Positions 12,595 through 25,214 of a stretch of 64,000 nt of DNA are shown here, one piece after another (the stretch's first letter is position 1; every line of letters begins with the position of its first letter). The notes below the pieces were generated by a model. That model worked only from the letters and a program-made list of their open reading frames with translations, had not been told where the DNA came from and did no database searches. The stretch is from Lepidodermella squamata (taxonomy: Eukaryota > Animalia > Gastrotricha). The position numbers and the translations under genes were made by a program. The stretch is taken from assembly GCA_047495785.1 (NCBI GenBank), contig JBLDXI010000009.1, positions 310,001 to 374,000 on the forward strand. The letters are read 5' to 3'.

Positions 12595-14953
12595 TTAACT
12601 CGGCGGCGTAATTTGGCCATCACCACCATTAGAGATTCCGCGAGACGAAGCAGTAGTCAAACTTTCCAAGTTTTTGCGCAGCTCATCATATTGTGAGGTT
12701 ATCTTTTTCATCAATCGCCGAGCATTCCTGTACATTTTCGGATTGCGAGAACGGCCATCGTGAAGAACAGAACCAAGAGCGGCTTCAGCAACGGTTTCCC
12801 GACTTTTTTGCTCGGTTACTATTGTATTCACTAGCTGGCCATACGTTCTTGTCTGCCTCGGACCTAGCGCGGTTTTGTGGACGTAAGGCTCGTATCGGAT
12901 CGGCTCGCGTTCATTCACCCGGCCAGCGGCACTTTGAATAGTCGAAGTCGACACCTTTTTGCGATTGGCCATCTGACGATTTGCCCAAGCCTCGATAGCA
13001 GCTACTGGTCTTCGAGAGACATGAGGTAAGTCTAAGATGTTCCGCAACATGTGAACCGATGCTTGGAGGGTCGCGGGGATCTCGAGCACTTCACCAGCAA
13101 CTTTCTCTTCGTCCTCTTCCAACGTAAGTAGTTCCTCGAATCCTTTGAATCGAGGGTCAAATACAGCGACAGTTCGGCATTTGCTTTGCTCGCTAAGCTC
13201 TTTGGACTTTGGTTTATCGCTGCCTAGGGCTTTCTCACACTCAGCTCGCATCTGTTCGCCATCAATATCGGGTGCTAATTCTGTCATGAAGAATTGAACG
13301 TTGGGTTCAGCTGGAGTTTCAGTCGCTTGGCGCGATCGCTGCTGGTCGTCTTCTCGGAAAGAGGGCGGTCCCAGATCAGCCTCTTCCTCTTCGTTAATAG
13401 GAGCAGGTGGTAGAGCCGGCCTTTCAAATTCAGCTGGTGGAGCGCATAGTGCAAGCAATTTATCCACATCACATTTCGGCACCTTTGGAACTTTAGCTTC
13501 GAGATTAGGATATTTTTCAAGGACACTTGGTGCGCTTGGCGGCTTCCGATCGGCAGCGCTTTTGCTTTCCCAAGCTTTCTTCGAACGAACAACATCGATT
13601 CCAAGGGACTGCTCTAAGAATTCACATATCGAAGAAGCAGAGTCAATGTGATGGGGTTTGCTGGTGTCGACTTGCGCCTTCTTCATCGCCCGCCTTCTTA
13701 TTTTTTCGTCTCGTCTAGCCAACGGATTGCCATCCAATATAACCTATATTAGGGAGATATTTCATAGTAACATTCACTCAATTCAATGCAAGCCATACCT
13801 GTTTGAGAGACGGCCACGCCAATATTCCCGCGAGTGCGATGTCACTAGAAATCAAGTTCCTGGACAAGTCCGCGACACTTAGTTCTGGAAACGGAGGGAG
13901 AAGAAGTAAGGCTGGCGAAGATCTCTCGCTTGTTGTCTCTGCGATTGTCGACAGTGCTCTCGCACTTTCATCACCTTCATCTAACTTGGAATCCTCATTT
14001 TGTGGCTCGCGAGAGGTGTCGAAGTTATGCCGACTAGGTATAATAGCATACCTATGGCCCGTGAAATGAATAGAGGGCACGCCTTTCAACCCGTTGCCAG
14101 AAATGATAAGCTCTTGCAGTTTCGGCATGCCACACAAATAGAGGAAATCTGAATCCAAACACAAGCTGTTGTCTGATACATCAAGAGAAAGAAGACTAGG
14201 AAAGAACATGTTTGCCTCCAATCGCTGATAATCTGGAGGAGGAAACATTTGCAATCTGTTACCAATAACAGATAATTTCTCTAGATGTGTTAGGTAGGAA
14301 AGCGTGTCGAAGTCGGCAGCTCCAAGATCATTGTAATCGAGGTTTAGAGTGCGCAGATTGGGATAGACGTCACCAAAGCCCAGTGAACTGCTATCGAAAG
14401 CAATTAAAGAATTGGCGATACTCGACACGCTCCCGATACTATTCATTTGTAGTTCCAATGTCTCAAGGCTGGGAAACTTGGCAAATGCATCAATGGGTAA
14501 GATGTTATCCGCGGCCTTCACATGGACGACATTTTCGAAAGCCTCCAGTTCTGAGTCATCAACTCGAGCAAGATCACAAGACTCAAGGCGCACAACCGCG
14601 CATTCTTTCGGATCATTCATTTTCAAGTGCCGAAGAAGCCATGCCTTCGACAAAACTTTTCCCATCTGAGCGCGAGTTGAAGTTGCCAACAGGGCGTCTT
14701 TTGCAAGTTTGACGTCCTTAATAGCTATTCCATGGGCGTCCGCAATCTCACGTTGCTTCTTGATGTCCTCGTATGTTTTTGATTTGCTACATAGAACAGC
14801 TTTCAATTCTTTCTTCTGATTGTTCCTGTAAACAACCATCCACGCGCCGCCTGTAGTCTGAGCCGTGTTTCGTATCCTCATGTTATATCGAACAGGAAAG
14901 CAGTTACTGACGAAAGAATCTGGCTGCCCATTGTTTGTATGAATGCCATTCAT
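12595..14953 (-). CDS. XRRA1: X-ray radiation resistance-associated protein 1 (LRR protein), 2 exons
   Basis: N-terminal 'NCFPVR...GAWMVVYR' motif, a series of LRRs, then '...WPSLKQ|VILDGNPL' across an intron at ~13746-13797 and a C-terminal 'FFMTEL' block. Confidence 0.85.
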
Positions 14954-15445
14954 TATATTTGTCTAAGAAGAAACAAACTATTAGCATTATTTCAAGATGG
15001 TATGGAATCGTATGCAAATTGAGAGGTGGCAAGTTAGATAAAATTCATCTTATTGTCCTTTCGAGATTATCGGAGCAGCAGCTGCCACAGCAAATATACA
15101 GAAGTAAAGCAACGAATCAAATTCAATCACGCTGTTATTTAAACCGAGGAACAGCCATATCCCATATCACCAGATCATCAATAGCCAAGTTGAAAGTCAT
15201 ACAGGCAACCCGAGCATCATGCCATCAAATCATTGGGGAACTATTCTTCCATGTCTCAAGTGCTTAGATGAATAACGATCTGCAAAATGGCAAAAATAAC
15301 TCTTATTGCTGCAAACTTCAGATCGTCGAGAATACGGCAAACCAAATTACCAAAGATCAGCCCCAAGCGTCCGCTGTGTGCAGGGTAAAAGATGGCAAGC
15401 GGTCATCGATTTGCTGCTCACCGCGGATGGAATCAGGGTCACAAC

Positions 15446-15459
15446 ATAGCCATGGCAAC
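15446..15459 (-). promoter_or_regulatory. candidate RFX X-box upstream of XRRA1
   Basis: Minus strand GTTGCCATGGCTAT is a 12/14 match to the palindrome GTTGCCATGGCAAC, ~490 bp upstream of the XRRA1 ATG. Confidence 0.4.
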
Positions 15460-16057
15460 AGCAATTTATTATTTGTGTATATTATTTAGTTCAAACATAT
15501 ATCACGTGTTCAATTCTTGACTTTTATTTTGTGTGAAAAGCAAGTTGTGTTTGAGCGCGTTTCGCATTTTTTCTTTGGGTCGAAAGGGCGCCGAGGCTGG
15601 GAATGGGAAAGAGGCCAATAGTTATTCGAACTGGAAGTTGATGTTGTACTTTGCTAACCGCAATACGTGAAATTCGATACGATTAGATTTTTTAAGTTTA
15701 GAAAAGTAGTTATCGACATTTTTATGGCTATTACGGGAATGGCCCTAAGATGCTCATTTAGAATCTTGAGATTTTACCCGGGCTTGTTTTTTTTTTGATA
15801 AAATAGATCCTTTCTAATCAATCAAATGTTTGTGGTTAAAGGTAAAAGCCTGCAAAGAGCTAATAACACTACGTATTTTTGCAAAATCTGATTCAACATA
15901 TCAACAGTGCATAGTCCCCATATCAACACTCTTTAATCATGTAACCACAAATGGGCCATGACTACTGCAACTGACAGCTCTTCCCAACAGATTTTCACAC
16001 TAATGAAATATCAGTTATATTTTTATATATAATTTAATTGATAGATATGATAATTTA

Positions 16058-17264
16058 ATGCATGCTGTGCTGCTATACGGGCGCGTTCTAGCTCGTACTG
16101 TCCTCACGAGCGGCGCTGTTGAAGCGAAAATCTTAGCTCGAGTGAAGCCTGACTTGAAGCTGTTAGCTGCATCTTCAGGATTCGCCAAGACGTTGACTCG
16201 TTCTCAGTTACTCGGGCAGTTTAACGCCGCAGCAATTTCCCGATGGAAATACGGAGATGATGCGTGTTTCATTTCCAGAAACACTGTAGCTGATGTGATT
16301 GGTATGTATATAGCTTGCGCTCTCGAAATAGTCAATTACAAAGATTTTTTGAACATGATAGGCGTTGCCGATGGTGTTGGTGGTTGGCATTCTTACGGAA
16401 TCGATCCCTCGCAATTCTCTTGTACTCTAATGTCAAACTGTGCTAGAATCGTCGAAGAAAGTCAACGGTTCCTCCCTCAAGATAAAGCTCAAGACCCTCA
16501 ATTTATATTATCCCAAGCTTACCGAGATTTACTTGAAGAGAAAGCGCCTCTAATCGGTAGTGCCACAGCGTGCATAGTCTCGCTATCTCGAAAGAGTCGC
16601 ATTCTTCATACGGTGAATCTTGGAGACAGTGGCTACATCGTCGTTCGAAATGTTTGTTGCTATTCATAAATCCCGTTAATTTCATTTAAAAATGTTGCTA
16701 TTTCAAGGGAAAAGTCGTCGCCCGGTCTGAAGCTCTGCTGCACTACTTCAACACGCCTTTCCAGCTATCGAACGTTCCTCCCACCCAAGAGGGTCAAGCC
16801 ATTCGAGATAGCCCCGAAACTGGCCTCAAGACTACTGTTGCCGTCGAAGAGGGCGATCTCATAGTTGTTGCTACCGATGGGCTGTTCGACAATATGCACG
16901 AAGACATGATCCTCGAACAATTATCAAAGCTTAAAGTATGATCATTTCATTTGAACATACATCATAGTATAATTAAATTTCTCGAATTTAGTCGATGTCC
17001 GTCGAGAACATTCAGAGGGTAGCTAATAGTTTAGCTTCCACTGCTCGACGCTTGTCATTCGACCCCGACTACATGTCGCCATTCGCAGTTGCTGCCAAAG
17101 AAGCTGGTCTCGATATATGCGGCGGAAAGCCTGACGATGTTACTGTCGTGGTTGCCGTAGTTTTACCCGTCGAATGTGACGAGCAGAGCGGAGAAGTTAT
17201 TGCATCAGCGGCATCTTCATCGAACATTACTGATTCTTCAGACACCTCGCAAAGTCACAGATGA
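16058..17264 (+). CDS. PPTC7: PP2C-family protein phosphatase PTC7 homolog, 4 exons
   Basis: 'YGDDACFI', 'GVADGVGGW', 'GSATAC', 'NLGDSG', 'HYFNTPFQL', 'ATDGLFDN', 'SPFA...GGKPDDVTVV'. N-terminus resembles a mitochondrial presequence. Confidence 0.95.
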
Positions 17265-18745
17265 GCATTTTATTTGTGGATTTATAAGTTTCTTCTTACC
17301 ACCGTTGATAATCTTTTTTGGTATCATTTGATATAACTACATGCATTTGAGAAGTTTGAAGCATTGTGAAATGATCAGTTGTCGGCACAGTCCTTGTTTC
17401 ATATCTTGATTTTGTTGCAAATAACTTCTTTATAGACTCAGATGGCTTTTCTTCACAGTATCAATTTTCCAAACTAGTGGGAGCTTATCCTGATTCGTGA
17501 ATCGATAGGATGATCTTCAACCAGCGAGAAATTTATCTGTAAGATGAAATCTCTACTAAAATTTGCTCGCATATTCTGACCCATACCTAAAAATTTTCAT
17601 TTTTCTGCATTTCCTTTTTCGCTCGACTTTCGACGTTTAGCTTTCAATGGCTTAGAAACCGGGTTATAAGACGTAACCGGCCATAGGAGAATAGATTACA
17701 CTGGCACTAAATTGCTAGGCTTCCTTTACTAACTTTGTTTGGTTCGTTCTTGTGATCTGTTTGCCACGCAAACCTTTAGAACAAAATTTTAAACTTAGCA
17801 AAAGATGTGGCGGGCATAATTGTTTGTTTCCGTCGCTGTGCTGGATTTGCTCCCGTTTGTCATATCTGTCCTTATATAGCGACGTTTTCCCGACAGCAGT
17901 CCGTCCAATTGGGATATAAAATTTTATCAGTATCATTTTTTACCGTAAGATCGTATAATATGTGCCATATGTGCGCTCCGGCTCTATTGCTATGACAGGA
18001 GCGTACCTTGGCATGACGCGTTTCCCACCATCATGCCCATGTAGTAATTCTGCATCAATTGACTTTCTGTTGCATTGCGATCGATACTGATAAAAATGCG
18101 ACTACTGATGTAGATAATATTGTATATTTATGAAAATATTTATCATTTAATCTTATGATTCTTTCCCTCGGGCGTCATCAGAAACACTCTAGTGAGATTC
18201 GCTTTCCTCCTAATTAAAATCGAACGAATATCTCTGAAATTGTTGTTCGGCTCGATAAGAGAGTGATGAAATGGACGAAAATGAAGAAAAACAATAAAAA
18301 ACCACCTTGTAACCTCTAGTTGAGTTTTTCATGCACTTTGCTTGCGTCATTCACGATACACGCAAGCATGCTTATGGTTGTTTTTTCATTGGATCCCAAG
18401 GACTTAGAAACTGGGGCGCTGTAGAGGTCATTTGAAAAAAACAGGGCTGTTGTAGAGGCCATTTAACGTCCAGTTTCGTGTTATGCCTGTGTTCTACAAA
18501 ATTACGAGACGTAATATGTCAGATTTGAAAGCAAAACATGTATTTAATTTTCGAGAAATTGCAGCAGTTGGTAAGTGTCAGGTAAAAAGGCAATATAAAA
18601 TATCGCTGCAGTGGCGTCATCATCCATAATTTTTCTAAAAATAATGCCATGTACAGCATGGCTCAGTAACATTCTGTACCTAGTACACGCTCGAAATCAA
18701 CACAAACGTAAGCGAGTAACATCCGGATTTCGCGTTAGCATCGTA

Positions 18746-19514
18746 TTAAAGCAGCATTGCGGCAATGGCCAAGGCAAGGAAAGCTCCCGTGCTGATGTGG
18801 GTCATGATAGCCACCGAACTTGCCGACTTCGCTTCTGCGGTGTTACCTGAGGGCGCGAATGAAAACAGCAGACGCATTAATTATAACGCATAGCTCATCG
18901 TTCCATATGAATAAATAATAATAAACAAAATCGTTGATTTGTTACCTGATGGTCCAGCCAGAGAACGAGGCGCCGTTTCCACGATTGAATCTTCGGCCTG
19001 GCCGCATTTCGCGAGGCATTCCTCTACAGTACGGAAATTATTGGTGTTGCCTGAAAAATAAACGAGCTTATGGACTTGCATAACAAATTATGCTAATCAG
19101 GGGGTAACTCTCTACTTGGCAACCTAGGGTATGCCGAGTGGCCTAAAATTATAACGGTCCAACTTTGGGAGAAACTAATACGGAGTCAACATGAATATTA
19201 AATTGCTTACCCCCACAGCCACCGTATACAAACTCTTCGCAATTTTTGGACGTTGCGTTGTAGAAAAAACGAGGTATTAACGCCTTGCACAGCCCTACAT
19301 TCTGAAAGAATTGTTATTAAAATTAATTATCATATAATGGCTTGCAAGTAGAATGACTTACGGACTCGAGCCCGCAGTTGACTTCGGCTCCCGAGGACTC
19401 TGGATTTTCAGCATCCTCCAGTTGCACCTCTTCTTGCTGGGCGATCGTGCTAACCACTGATAGCAAAAACAAGGCTAGAACGCTGAGAGCTATCGGCTGT
19501 AGAGATAAAGCCAT
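18746..19514 (-). CDS. Single-domain Kunitz/BPTI protease inhibitor with signal peptide and probable GPI-anchor signal, 4 exons
   Basis: Spliced 'CGLES|[30 protein letters not shown]|[16 protein letters not shown]' has all 6 Cys and P1 = Lys. C-terminus is '[27 protein letters not shown]'. Confidence 0.9.
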
Positions 19515-20836
19515 TTAAATGAAAAATTTCAAAAATTTCTGGAAGAAATAAAGACGAAGTTGAAATGAGAGGGAATGAAAATAATGCACAGCGCAAATGA
19601 GAATTGGATGCCTTCCATGATCGCTTCGTATGCGCTAGCATCTTATATTTCTGGAGCGCACCTCAACAAGCGCTAGAGAGGCGCTCAAAAATGACGCATT
19701 ACTGATGTGTGATACCGCGGACGTATTATTCACCTCAGTGAAACCAAGCGCAGGAAGATTTTTTGCGTGTCGTCGCGGGCACGGATCATCGAATACTATA
19801 CGCCTCTGCCCACGTCCCGTCAAGCACGATTGTCGAAGATACTTTTACTATACATTGCTGTGCGAGTGAAGGCGGCAATAAAAGGTCGAATGGATACGCT
19901 CACTTTGGTTGGGAACATATTATTGTTATAAAACTGGCCATTGCACCGTTGCCGTAAAAACAGGCCGTAGTAATTGATGACTCAGAACGCGCTAAATGAC
20001 AGCGGTTGCGTTTTTTTCCAATCGGGATCTCGTTCTTCCTATTCTCGGACGACCGGCTTTCTTGTTTTGTTTATATGGCACAAGGCGCGATTCGGGGATA
20101 CACGCGTGCGCGCGAAACGAGTATTTTATTACAACCTAGGCCGGCCATAAAACGTATCGCGTCGGACACTGCGCGCATCAGGCCGTTACGTGCAAAAATC
20201 GAAGCTAAACATTAAATGCGATATAGTTAGGTAAGAAGTATATCTTGCGGCAACTTATTCGGACGCCAAGCCGAATGGAAGTCTTCATTGTTTTAACCTC
20301 CGACACAACTGCATCATCGGAGAAGCACTTTTCAAACATCTTGCGGCGAGACGATTTATCTGGAGCACTATCATATAATATAACGTTGTTTTTTAACAAT
20401 CATCATCGCGGTAGCGCGTGTTAAAAAAAATGGCTGCGCTCACGGGTGTATGTGGTCTACGGCATGTCTGCGAGGTTCCGCTTCAAGCAAGTGGATAATA
20501 ACACCGATCAACAGCCTATAGCGCACGGAGCTTTCCAAGCATCTATCCATCTATCCCAAATGCAGTTTTGTTGTGGCTCAAGTTGATTTACCCACGCATA
20601 ACCATCGTCGGAAGTGAGGGAGGTAAATTAACTTGATGAATTTAAATGCGATAAATAATGAGAAAATTCATAAAACAAATGCACGATTTTAATCATGCCC
20701 CTTATTCATTGTCGAGTCATTTATTGAGGTGCAGGAAACTAAACTACGGTAGGGTCGGTAAAAACTCAAGTACACCAAATCCACCTTGACCAAACAGCAA
20801 ACACCGGGCGGGAAAAATTGACATCAGGATGGAATG

Positions 20837-21444
20837 TTTGGGGTGACGTTGACATTTCAAAAAGGGGGGACTTTGTACCGCCACTCAAAAATCGAATGGA
20901 AGGTAAAGACCCCATGAATGGAATACCGCTGGATAGCCAAATGAAAGCCAGGTCTAGATGTGTACAATGTACCCAATCCGACTTATTACTGACTATTTTA
21001 AATGACAGGTAAAGTTGGGGGGAATTTTTTTGTATAAGTTCGATTTCTGGTAGAATTTGGGTGACAAACCGAAGGCATCGATGCGATCAAAATCAAAATC
21101 GAGTGGCATTTTAACCACTCTGCTAGCAGGCTATCCAACGGTATCTCACTCATGGGGTCTTTACGTTGTCGGCTTCGATATTTGAGTGGTACAAAGTCAT
21201 CCCATCAGCATCTAACATTTGTTTCGGGTGACTTCGACCACCGTTACCTGTCCACTTCAATTCATGCTTGTACCCGACAGTTACTTTGACTGCACTATAT
21301 GTTTCTACTCGTTACTGGCTTTCCGGCGACATCCATATTCAGGGGGTTTGTTATCGATTTGCCAAGATTTTATTGAATGAAATTCGATCGCAAAAACCTA
21401 TGCCAATGTCACCCCACTAACCAAAGTCACCCCAAATTACGGTA
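20837..21444. mobile_element. degenerate non-autonomous DNA transposon (MITE-like, Tc1/pogo-type end)
   Basis: Imperfect inverted repeat 20869-20938 / 21129-21198 and several GGGGTGAC motifs in both orientations. The right end reads TA-CCGTAATTTGGGGTGACTTTG on the minus strand. Confidence 0.55.
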
Positions 21445-23625
21445 CCTTCGAAATCTATTGTCAACGTGGAATCCCAATGTTTCGCAATATGACATGATTT
21501 ATCGGTGATTGCCATCAGAATAGTTTTTCAAAAGAATCCAAAACTTCGCATCCGTATAAAACTGGCTTTATTTTCTGACCGCATTCAAACAATTATATAC
21601 TTCGAAATTCGAAATGACACATATCAATAGTAAATATATCAACCATGACATTATATTATAATAAGCAAATATCTCATGTTTATATTGGTGGTCATCAAGA
21701 GTCGTGCTAGCAAGGCTTAACGCAGTTTTTCAAAAGAAAAAGTATTAATTCTTAGCCAGCAATGCATGAAGGCGCATATGTGTTTCCCGAACGGCGTAAT
21801 ATTTATAAAGACAGCAGTTGCCAACCTCTGTAATCATAATCTAGCAAGCATATCACGCGGCGTGACATGGTTGTTTTCACTCAGTCGCCACCTGAGCAGC
21901 AATCAAAGGTGTGCGACGCCGGTTCAACGTGTTCAGAACAACATCCATTTTAGCTAGACAGGGCGTGAGCTCAACAATTAGGCAGAATTCAGCCGCATGA
22001 AAAATTAATAACGGCGAAAAAATGACTGAATTGAAGCTCAAGAACTGAAGTTTTGCAGTCGGAATGGCCTTATAAATGAAAAAACTGTGTAATTAACAGC
22101 GTTTAAAAACACCGATAGAGTAGAAGGCAGAGAAAAACCGAATGGGACATCAAGGCTTAGCAGAAAGGTGAACGATAAGGGCTGAAAAATTCTACCATAA
22201 GACATGAAGTTGATTATTTGACACGGGGTAGTGAGAAAATTGGCGCTTGCCAACAGCATTGTAACAATAAATAACACAGGCAATGGGTTCACACGGCGGG
22301 ATACACAAAATTTAGCCATTGCGCGATTACGAATTGAAGGGCGAGTTATATAGCATCATAGGTATATGGTAACAAATTGAATAGCTAATTTTCAAATATA
22401 AATCGGTGACAATAGCAGCCATTGAATTGTGTTCAGTACTTTTTGGGCTTGGTAGAAACGGTTGGGAGACGAACAGCGAGAAAATGAATTAGTTCAACAA
22501 AATCAAAGCCAACAAAATATAATTAACAACAATTTTCCAAGCGTTAGATGAAGAATCAGTACCAATTGCTCAAAATTGCAGCTATGACAGATTTGTTTAC
22601 GGATCCTATAGCAGCGAACCATCATCGCAAAAATACTATTTATCATGCATTGCCATTTATAAAAAAAACGAACGAACGAAAAGGCTTGACATGCTTTGCA
22701 CGCGACCGGTTTTCCAGTGAGGTGTCGTCGACTCGAATAATTTTTGTAAGGCTAAAGCGGTAGAAGACGCAAAGCTGCTGGAAACCTCTATGTCAGCGAA
22801 AGGGTGGCGGATGTAGGAGCTTTTATACGTAAGATAAGTAATGTCATAGTTCGGTCGTATAACCACTAATGCAGAAAAACTAGTAAGTGAAGATCTGTAC
22901 AGCTGATATAGCATAATGCCAGTTACGGCGCGTTATCACACAGGTAGCCCGAGTCAGGACGTCGGCGTGCTGAACTGCGTTTGATTAACATGAGAGAAGG
23001 TGTTGTTCAAAAAACGCTCAAATCCTCATTTCGCCTCGGCAGCAACGAGTCGGCTAATGAGGACGCGACTGTGATCAAAAATTCCTCTCGAGGCAAGTTT
23101 AGTTGTAAATCCGAAACAAACGGGCGTATTTGCATAAGATTGAAAGAAAATTCCTGAGAAACATGAACGCACAAAACCGCGTTCGATTCTCCGCATCATC
23201 GCCAAGGGCCGTATTATAAGGCTAGCTCAGATATATCGCATGTAGAAAACAGAGATTGCAGGCGCTATCGTTCAATATATAGGTACAGCTATATATGTAG
23301 GTAGGTAGAATTTTCACGATTTCGATCGCATCGATTTGTCCAAGATTCTTCGACCGCAAAATATAGGTATAGCAATATAACATAATATATAGTAGATATC
23401 ATCAATTTTCAAGTAAGCAGTAATCAGTCACTTTCGAATAAATGTAAGAATATTAAAAAATATGCAGTAATTCAAGCTAAATATATTTGTCTATGGCGGG
23501 CACAAAATAGTGGTAGATAAGCGCTATGAAATAAAGGACTCGAGAACTTGTTGTCAAAAACACGCCGGCCTCCTCGTATAAAGGGTTAGGATGAGCTGCT
23601 TCGTTGATGAGTTGACAGTGGCAAA

Positions 23626-25214
23626 TCACGCTCGGCCTTCTTGCGCGTGGCGTCTCGTCAGCGTTGCAGCAGCATTGCCGTTCAGCGAGCTTGCAACAAC
23701 GCCGTTGTGCTTGTGATGAAGACTTCCATTCGTGTGATTGCCATTGGTCTGTTTGGTCGCAGCACCACTGGTTTTCGAAGCCTCTGAAGACTGCGGGACG
23801 TAGGGCTCAGCGACCACGTAGCTGTTGGCAGGGTCGTCCTTCAGCTTACCGCGCCACATCTTGATATCGGCGCGGGCGAGGCGGTACAGCAGAACCGGGT
23901 TGATGGCCCACAGGACCACCATGCAGCTCGATATGCACGTGATGTAGACAGTGGTCACACGCGTGTACTCAGTCGCGATGGCGTATGTGATTTGAATCAT
24001 AGACCCGAACCGGCAAATGACGAAGGTGACGAAATTTGCGAATGTATTCACGGTGTATAGCCGGCTGTTCTTGAAATTTAGACCGGCCATTTGCATAAGT
24101 TTCCTAGAGCGAAAATAAATATTCAACTTCTGAATTCGTAAATTTACTAAAAATGGTACCGGGAGTGCAGGAAAAATGAGTTGACTTCTGCCAACAAGGC
24201 AACTACGTTGTAACCAAGGCATTGATTTGCCATCATGTGGTAGACGAACATGAATGTGATTGAGACATGATGCGCGACTAGCTCCCACAGCTCACCAGCC
24301 TGTCGGTAGAAGTTTACACAAAAAAGCAGTATTAGTGGAGTTGCATGAATGCTGCGAATCAGCAGACAAAAGAAACCAAGCAGAATTTCGAACATAATTC
24401 AGAAGTTGACTATTAATGCGTCGCTAATTTCTATAAAAAGCAGGCACTTTATATCGGATAGTCCCGAGGAGACACGCACACCAAGCCTGCTTTACAGGTG
24501 GGAGAGAAACTGCCGACATATCCTTTCGAATGCTAAAGGCACTGATTGAAAGTGGTGAGTTTGGGCCTGTGTTAGTTAGTGTGATGAAGTGGTGGGGTGA
24601 AGCCAAAACAAAAGCACAAACACCGAGCAGGCAGGAAAAGGGTAGGTATGTTAAAAGCTACTGAAATGGCAAAACTTGGCAAATTTCAGGCAGTTAGCTG
24701 CAATCACCTCGGCCCTTACATGGCGGTAAATCCACATGTCGTACAGATCGAATAGGAAGTAGCCAGACGAGAAGGCAACCAGCAGGTAAGACGCCATCGA
24801 CTGGAATTTGATCATGTCTTGGGTTAACACGTTGTACGATATCACGTAAATCGTCAGGTCCCAACTGCCGCACACGAATGCATGGGTCCAAGAGACGAGC
24901 AGATTTCGCCACCGCCAGTAATTACTCCAGTGCTGAAATCACAAGAAAAATCATCATTACATTCATAAGCAAAGGAAATATCAACGAAAAACCAAGCCAA
25001 AGACTAATGAAATGATGATTTGAATTACCGCTTTGTGGCGTGTGACGTGAAGAATGATTTGGTTCAAAACGTAGAATGCGAAGAAGAAGAACGAGATGGC
25101 CGAAATGCCGATCCAGCAGTCAATCGGATATCTCTGGTCGAACATGTAAGAGTAGCTGAAAAAACTCGCGTCTTTGCCAGTGTTCGAATCGGTTATTTTC
25201 GAATCGGATGCCAT
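23626..25214 (-). CDS. TLCD2: TLC (TRAM/LAG1/CLN8) domain protein, TLCD1/TLCD2-like, 4 exons
   Basis: 'WRWRNLLVSWTHA', 'FSSGYFLFDLYDM', 'WELVAHH', 'ALLAEVNSFFLHSR|KLMQM', 'TFVICRF'. Confidence 0.85.
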
